Assembly: GCA_964475435.1 (NCBI GenBank)
Contig: CAYYWT010000015.1
Coordinates: forward strand, 1 to 20,497
Source of the DNA: an uncultured Eubacteriales bacterium
Lineage (GTDB): Bacteria; Bacillota; Clostridia; TANB77; RGIG9151
Direction of reading: 5' to 3'
DNA: 20,497 nt
Shown: piece after piece, positions 15,159 to 20,497 of the stretch
Numbering within the stretch: the stretch's first letter is position 1
Layout: every line of letters starts with the position of its first letter
Position numbers and translations under genes: made by a program
Notes under the pieces: model-generated
Seen by the model: the letters and a program-made list of their open reading frames with translations, nothing else
What the model was told of the DNA's origin: nothing
Database searches by the model: none

Positions 15159-15222
15159 TTCTTATCGTTCAATCTAAAATTTAATCTTCTCCTAATTAAT
15201 ATAATCTTTAACCTCAGGCATT

Positions 15223-15257
15223 AAAATAGAGACTACATTCATTGCAGTCTCTATTTT
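15223..15257 (-). terminator. Terminator hairpin downstream of the KAP NTPase gene (symmetrical, could act in both directions)
   Basis: A perfect 12-bp stem, aaaatagagact / agtctctatttt, with an 11-nt loop. The U-run forms the 3' end of the stem. Confidence 0.65.
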
Positions 15258-15361
15258 GGCTCGTTTAGCACTTCCGTGTGCGAAAAATATGAGCTCTAAA
15301 TTTATAATTGTATTTTATGTTTGATTCTATGGTTATAATTTAACATAAACTAAATATAAAA

Positions 15362-18300
15362 TCAATAGTTTTTATATTTTTTTCTATCTTCCTCATTTAA
15401 CTCTTCATTATTAAATAATCTACTCATTTTATTATTCTTAATAAATTTAAATATTTTATTATTTATCTCTTCACTTGCTGAGGAATTAACAATATCAATT
15501 AACTTTTTGCCATATTGTTCTTTATAATTTCTATTTATTTTATATTTATTAGGTAATATATTCAACCATTCATAAAACTCTATTTCATAAAATTGGTTAT
15601 GTGTTAAAGAAATAATATTTTGCCATATCCAATCATAATCTCCTCCAAATTCAACCATGATTTTTAATAAATTAAAAATCTCTAAATTTTCAAATTCACT
15701 TAATGCTATTTCTTGAATTTCTTCTTTTTTTATATCTAAATTAGTAATGGCTAATCTTAATTTTTCCACATCATAAATATTCTTAGCTATTACTTTTACT
15801 AAAATTTTTCTTGAAAAATTCATTTTTTTAATCAAGTCAATACCATTTAGAAACTTATCATTGAATTCAGTAATCTTTTCTATATATTTTTCTAAATTTA
15901 AATAACTTTCCAAATTCAATATAGTACCTTGTAATTCATTATAATTGTTTTCATCTAGTATATCTAAAATTTTATCCGCTAAATTCTCAATTTTTTCTTC
16001 TTCTACTTCATCATCTGCAGATATAATTTCTAATACATCATAACTATCCTTTATATTTTTAATATTGTCATTTATATTGTTAACAATATTAGATTTTTCA
16101 TCAATATTTAGATTTTCCCATACAATTTTAGTCGCTGATATTCCTAAATTACAATAAGTTGAATTTGCAATTAAATTTTTTATTCTAGTTAAATATGTTG
16201 TTTTATCAGAATTTGATAATATTCCGTATCCTTTTCCTACAAGTTCTATGATCATAGAGTTCCAATATGTCTTGCCAGCAGAATAATAGTTATTAAAATC
16301 AGAGACAGCTTTATTTAAAACTTTTTCTATAAAATTAGGTATTCCTTCTTTTTCAATGATTCTTAAATAAATGTTAATAGCATTTTTTACTTTACTATCT
16401 GAAATACTTGTACTATACACTATTGATGATGAAATTTCTTTATTTAACTCTTTTAATTGTTCCTCATTATATGAATCAATAATTTCATATCCATAATTGT
16501 TTATTGTTTCATCATCTAATATTTCTTCAGAAATTTGTTTTGTAAGTGCAGGTAACAACTGTAATTTATTTTTTTCTTTTAATTCTTTGACAATATTTGG
16601 AATATATGTAATATTTTCTAGTAACTTTAATAGCTTATCATATTCTTCTTTATTTTCATCATTAATATCATAATTCAGTAATTCAAATATTTTAATAATA
16701 CTATCTTTTTGTTTCTCTATTACGTTATCATCTATATTAAGAAGTAGGGTATCTCCATCATTTGTATCAACTAATATATTTTTATTGTTTACATACTCTA
16801 ATACTTTAATCAAACTTTTTATAAGTGTCTCATTATTTATCCAATTTTTCATGGAATTAATTACTAATGATATATTGCCAGAATCTATTAATTCAAAAGA
16901 CTTGTTCTCGATAATATTAACTATACTATAATTTTCTAGCCCATTATCATATACATCTTTTGTCAGTTTACAATAATTTTCACTAGTTATATAGAATTTG
17001 AAACTAAATTTTTCTACATCTTCTAATTCTTCTATTATATCCTCTATATTTATATCTTCAAAATTATTATTAATAATTTTATCTATTTTTTCTTTAACCT
17101 GTTTTCTTATTACATCATCCCATTTGTAATCAGTATTTAACATGTATACTACTTTTTCAAATACTTCACTATTTTCTTGCATTTTTTCTTTTACAATTTT
17201 ATCAAGAATTTCATTACCTTTATCATAGATTATATGAAAATTGCTTAAATCGTAAGCTGAAAAATCTACAATTTTTTTATTTTCCCATAGCTTATCGATG
17301 TTATTTATTAAATCTTTTTTTATTTTATTAATAAAGTCATTATTCATATCACTTAATAGTGAAAATACTGTTTCTATTTCTTTGGCTGAATTATTTACAT
17401 TACCCAATTCATCTTCAATAACTATTTTGACTTTATCATATTCTTCATCGTTAGCTAGAGCTTCTTTTAAGTATTTTTTATTACCACTTTTCAATGCTGT
17501 TTTTATTTCTGTATATTTTTTATCTCCTATCCTTTTTCCTATTTTGCTTTGAGTTAAATATATATATGTTTCAATATTATCCACTTTTATATTTGATGTA
17601 TAACTTAAAAAATTAGCTAATGAAAGCCATTTTTTATTTAAATTACCTGTAGCATCAAAAAATGATTTTAAATTTTCTTTTATATTCTGTGTTTTATCTA
17701 CTTCGTTATATATTTGAAGGAAATCCTCGATCAAATTAAAATCTTCTATTAGTAGTTTATAAAAATCATTAAAATCCGATTGTAATACTGATATTTTTGC
17801 AACCATCATTTTACATTCATAAGACTCCACTTGCATTTTATCTATTACTTTATCTTTTCTATTTTCTAATATTAAAATATTATTCATAAATGTATTAATT
17901 ATCTTTTTTACTTGTCTAGGAGTTTTCACATCTGGATAAATTAAAATATTCATAATATCTTTATAATTGTTTTTGCATATTTCTAGGATTCCTGGAGCCT
18001 CTTCTGCTATTATAACCTCTGAATATTGTTTTAAATCATATTCTGGCAATGGTGGCATATATATTTTAAATTGAAATAGTTTATCTAAGAAAAGTTCTCC
18101 TTCTACTACATAACTTTCATTTAATTTAATTTTATTATCTACTAATGCTTTTCTAAGAATATCATCATCAAAGGGTACAATAAAAATTATATTTTTTAGT
18201 TCTGTAAATGCTTTTATTGCATCTAATGCTTCTACAATTTTTTCTGGACTTAATCTATCCAAATCATCTATAACAACAATCTCTTTATATTTAATTTTCT

Positions 18301-18997
18301 TTAAATGTTCTTTTAATAAATCTTCATATTGATCAACATCTCTTATTGGATTGTTTATTGTAGTTATCTTATTGCCAGTCTTAAAGTTTATTTCAATATA
18401 TTTCTCGAATATTGCTATAAGTACTGAAACTACTGTTGTAACACTTAATAGTTTATTCATTACATATGTCCAAGTTGAAACATAACCTTCTTGTTTAAAA
18501 AATGAATAAATCCCTATTAATATTGATAAAACAAGTACTATAAATGCTAATATAATAAATGCTTTTGTCAGAATTCTTATTGTTTCTATAAACATATCTT
18601 TTAGTTGATTTAATAAGCTATTCTGTTCTTCTTTTTCTTTCATTGTTGTAGAAGATTTTTGTTTTAAATCCTCTACTGCCTTGGTCTGTTCATTTCTATC
18701 TAACGAAATAAATAATTGCTTAGTTAATGCTCTTCTTAATGCTTCTTTTTCGTATTTCCAAGCATTTATTTCATGAAATTTATATTTTTTAGGATCTTTT
18801 AATTTTCCTTTAACAATTTCAATTACACTTGATTTTCCAATTCCCCATTTTCCTATTATTGCTAAATTAAATGGAGTTTCTTCTGTTTCTATTACATTAA
18901 CTATATTTTCAGCAATATCTTTATGATTAAAAACATCTTTGTCAATACTATCTATTGCAACATCTTTAATGAAATATTTTTTCTGCATATCTTTCAT
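15362..18997 (-). CDS. KAP-family P-loop NTPase with an inserted transmembrane hairpin and a very long uncharacterised helical C-terminal region
   Basis: 1211 aa with ATG at 18997 and SD GGGAG. Motifs: Walker A IIGKWGIGKSS (aa 47-57), INAWKYE, hydrophobic helices at about aa 145-167 and 176-197 lying between the Walker motifs, and Walker B VVIDDLDRL (aa 241-249) followed by IFIVPFDD. From about aa 350 to 1211 I see no recognisable motif. The gene is extremely AT-rich. Confidence 0.88.
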   Translation of the reverse strand: MKDMQKKYFIKDVAIDSIDKDVFNHKDIAENIVNVIETEETPFNLAIIGKWGIGKSSVIEIVKGKLKDPKKYKFHEINAWKYEKEALRRALTKQLFISLDRNEQTKAVEDLKQKSSTTMKEKEEQNSLLNQLKDMFIETIRILTKAFIILAFIVLVLSILIGIYSFFKQEGYVSTWTYVMNKLLSVTTVVSVLIAIFEKYIEINFKTGNKITTINNPIRDVDQYEDLLKEHLKKIKYKEIVVIDDLDRLSPEKIVEALDAIKAFTELKNIIFIVPFDDDILRKALVDNKIKLNESYVVEGELFLDKLFQFKIYMPPLPEYDLKQYSEVIIAEEAPGILEICKNNYKDIMNILIYPDVKTPRQVKKIINTFMNNILILENRKDKVIDKMQVESYECKMMVAKISVLQSDFNDFYKLLIEDFNLIEDFLQIYNEVDKTQNIKENLKSFFDATGNLNKKWLSLANFLSYTSNIKVDNIETYIYLTQSKIGKRIGDKKYTEIKTALKSGNKKYLKEALANDEEYDKVKIVIEDELGNVNNSAKEIETVFSLLSDMNNDFINKIKKDLINNIDKLWENKKIVDFSAYDLSNFHIIYDKGNEILDKIVKEKMQENSEVFEKVVYMLNTDYKWDDVIRKQVKEKIDKIINNNFEDINIEDIIEELEDVEKFSFKFYITSENYCKLTKDVYDNGLENYSIVNIIENKSFELIDSGNISLVINSMKNWINNETLIKSLIKVLEYVNNKNILVDTNDGDTLLLNIDDNVIEKQKDSIIKIFELLNYDINDENKEEYDKLLKLLENITYIPNIVKELKEKNKLQLLPALTKQISEEILDDETINNYGYEIIDSYNEEQLKELNKEISSSIVYSTSISDSKVKNAINIYLRIIEKEGIPNFIEKVLNKAVSDFNNYYSAGKTYWNSMIIELVGKGYGILSNSDKTTYLTRIKNLIANSTYCNLGISATKIVWENLNIDEKSNIVNNINDNIKNIKDSYDVLEIISADDEVEEEKIENLADKILDILDENNYNELQGTILNLESYLNLEKYIEKITEFNDKFLNGIDLIKKMNFSRKILVKVIAKNIYDVEKLRLAITNLDIKKEEIQEIALSEFENLEIFNLLKIMVEFGGDYDWIWQNIISLTHNQFYEIEFYEWLNILPNKYKINRNYKEQYGKKLIDIVNSSASEEINNKIFKFIKNNKMSRLFNNEELNEEDRKKYKNY

Positions 18998-19019
18998 CTT
19001 TACTCCCTTCCAAAATGCA

Positions 19020-19052
19020 ACAAAAGTAGAACCTTTTTAATTCTACTTTTGT
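19020..19052 (-). terminator. Hairpin between the R gene and the KAP gene (weak or partial terminator, or processing site)
   Basis: A perfect 12-bp stem, acaaaagtagaa / ttctacttttgt, with a 9-nt loop. On the minus strand it is followed by UGCAUUUUGG, an interrupted U tract, so read-through is plausible. Confidence 0.4.
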
Positions 19053-19068
19053 CTTTTGTAATAAAATA

Positions 19069-19812
19069 TTAATTTACATTAAATAATTCAGTTGGATCTA
19101 CCTTGAATTGTAACATTTTTGCAGTATCTCTTCCAGCATCTCCACCTTTTCTTTGCATTGTAATTCTTCCTATTTTCATGCTACCTCTATTAGTTATTTC
19201 CACATTTCCTTCACTATAATGATTTATAGCTACGTTTATAGGCTTTAATGTCCATATTGATTCAGTTGCTGTTTTCTTAGCAACTAGTATCCATTCTGCT
19301 GCTAAAATCCCTCTACCTTTTACAATGTCTAGTATTATGAGTGCTTTATTATCTTCAAAAAATTTTACTAATTGATTTTGTTCATCTTCTGTAAATTCAT
19401 TCATAAACATTCTTCTTGAATCTTTAGTATCTTTCCTATATGGTAGAATTTCTCCTGTGAAATATTGTAATAGTTTTACAATATTTTCTGGGATATCCCA
19501 CATTTCCTTATAATTTCTAATCCATCTTTTATCTATTTGATTAAATCCCTTATCATTACTTACTAACTTAATTTGGAGATTTTGAGCTTCAATTATTTTT
19601 TTCAATTTTATAGTTACTTGAACTTGTACATCTGTTTTATATCCATGTATTACTTCTGCATATACATATTCAATTTCTTTTAAATCATATCCCATCGTTT
19701 TAAGCCAAGATTTAGCCTCATCGTCATTTTCCCAATTGATAAATTTGTTAGCTATATCTTTTTCATTATTAAAACCATCCTTTGCTATTTTTGAACCGCC
19801 TGAACTATCCAT
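19069..19812 (-). CDS. Type II restriction endonuclease, HinP1I/MspI-like fold (predicted GCGC specificity)
   Basis: 247 aa. The N-terminus GSKIAKDGFNNEKDIANKF... and the blocks GFNQIDKRW, FTGE, RRMFMNEF, AAEW and RKGGDAGRDTAKMLQFKVDPTELF match my memory of R.HinP1I. The candidate catalytic set E17, D61-x18-Q80-x-K82 has the same spacing as the HinP1I D-x18-Q-x-K. The start overlaps the MTase stop by 8 nt (ATGGATAG). Confidence 0.8.
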   Translation of the reverse strand: MDSSGGSKIAKDGFNNEKDIANKFINWENDDEAKSWLKTMGYDLKEIEYVYAEVIHGYKTDVQVQVTIKLKKIIEAQNLQIKLVSNDKGFNQIDKRWIRNYKEMWDIPENIVKLLQYFTGEILPYRKDTKDSRRMFMNEFTEDEQNQLVKFFEDNKALIILDIVKGRGILAAEWILVAKKTATESIWTLKPINVAINHYSEGNVEITNRGSMKIGRITMQRKGGDAGRDTAKMLQFKVDPTELFNVN

Positions 19813-20497
19813 TATTTACACTCCCTTCATCAATTATGCTTTTAACTATATATTGTAAAACATTAACCACTACACTATTTCCAAATTGCTTTTGAGCTTG
19901 ATTAACAGATTCGTCTATTTGATAATATTCTGGAAATCCCATTAATCTTGCACATTCTCTTGGATGTAGCTTTCTAACCTCATTGTTTATATAGTATAAA
20001 CCAGTTTTGGCTCCTGTTCCTCCACCTTCTGCTGACAAAGTAATTGCTTGTCCAAATGGATCGTATATTCTGTCTCCTTGTCCTCCTTTATTAACAGTTC
20101 CAACTCTTACTGGTTTATTATATACCTTAAACATTTTTATCTGATTATTATCTTCATTCATTTTATATTGTTTATTTATAATATATTTTCTTTCTTCTCC
20201 ATTAGTTAGCAATATATCATTAACACAAACTTCTTGATTCGTAGATTTTGGGAATATGTAATTATGATTATCTAAATCTTTTCTTATACATACCATATAA
20301 ATTCTCTCTCTTGCTTGTGGAACACCATAATTTGAAGCATTTAGGACCTTCCAATACATGTTATATCCTATATTTTCAATATTTTCTCTTATAACTCTAA
20401 AAGTATTTCCATTATCATGTTTTTCTAAATTCTTTACATTTTCCAATATTAATAATTCTGGTTGATGAAACTTAGCAATTCTAACCACTTCTCTAAA
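19805..20497 (-). CDS. DNA (cytosine-5)-methyltransferase, M.HhaI-like, C-terminal 230 aa (5' end off-window)
   Basis: The frame is open to the window edge; the GTG start in the track is an artefact. Present: motif VI ENVKNL, motif VIII QARERIYMV, an HhaI-type target-recognition domain (NKGGQGDRIY...AITLSAEGGGTGAKTG), motif IX RKLHPRECARLMGFP and motif X QFGNSVVVNV. Motifs I-IV lie beyond the window. Confidence 0.93.
   Translation of the reverse strand, partial: FREVVRIAKFHQPELLILENVKNLEKHDNGNTFRVIRENIENIGYNMYWKVLNASNYGVPQARERIYMVCIRKDLDNHNYIFPKSTNQEVCVNDILLTNGEERKYIINKQYKMNEDNNQIKMFKVYNKPVRVGTVNKGGQGDRIYDPFGQAITLSAEGGGTGAKTGLYYINNEVRKLHPRECARLMGFPEYYQIDESVNQAQKQFGNSVVVNVLQYIVKSIIDEGSVNNG

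Noticed and set aside
15258-15300. GC-richer patch ggctcgtttagcacttccgtgtgcgaaaaatatgagctc, considered as a tRNA fragment or att site marking the island border
   Set aside because: I could not fold it into a tRNA acceptor/T-arm. No matching direct repeat is visible elsewhere in the window, and the other island end is off-window. It is retained only as a possible junction in the island finding.
17298-17552. Plus-strand ORF 17298-17552
   Set aside because: Antisense shadow inside the KAP NTPase gene, with a low-complexity L/S/F-rich translation.
15362-17900. Possible internal tandem repeats in the KAP C-terminal region
   Set aside because: The recurrent N/K/I/E-rich words reflect composition bias. 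I could not align any periodic unit by eye. Profile-based repeat detection (HHrepID) would be needed before claiming repeats.
1-20497. Search for CRISPR arrays, tRNA/rRNA genes, transposase or integrase genes, and tandem repeats
   Set aside because: No regularly spaced direct repeats, no cloverleaf-forming segments, no rRNA-like conserved blocks and no recombinase-like ORFs were seen. The only dispersed repeat family found is the MITE-like element reported above.

Overview
This is an AT-rich, low-GC chromosomal segment that looks Firmicutes/Clostridia-like. Every credible gene lies on the minus strand, and all plus-strand ORFs in the track are antisense shadows.

Gene content, from high to low coordinates:
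(1) A compositionally foreign defence island. It holds a 5'-truncated M.HhaI-like C5-cytosine methyltransferase (19805-20497), an R.HinP1I-like endonuclease (19069-19812) whose start overlaps the methyltransferase stop by 8 nt, and immediately downstream a very AT-rich 1211-aa membrane-inserted KAP-family P-loop NTPase (15362-18997). About 850 aa of the NTPase C-terminus match no motif I can recognise. This is my best candidate for an undescribed defence module.
(2) A separately transcribed 2H-phosphoesterase gene preceded by a translationally coupled 34-codon ORF.
(3) A FucO-like Fe-alcohol dehydrogenase. Its 3' end carries a 172-bp MITE-like insertion flanked by a perfect 8-bp duplication. 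A 56-bp internally deleted copy of the same element sits at 3406-3461.
(4) A roughly 140-nt structured leader (three-way junction plus intrinsic terminator) ahead of a cytidylate-kinase-like / MATE efflux pair.
(5) A secreted multidomain protein: Cu-amine-oxidase-N stalk, DUF4163/DUF3298-like middle, and a chagasin-type (I42) protease-inhibitor domain.
(6) A TetR-controlled MacAB-type efflux operon (ATPase, HlyD adaptor, FtsX/MacB permease, TolC-like protein, zinc-ribbon membrane protein) with tandem TGAACnnnGTTCA operators on its promoter.
(7) An orphan family-5 solute-binding protein, a PHP phosphoesterase, and a Cys-rich small secreted protein gene plus a start-less paralogous remnant.

I saw no rRNA, tRNA or CRISPR array. 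All family assignments come from motif recognition by eye and need database confirmation.
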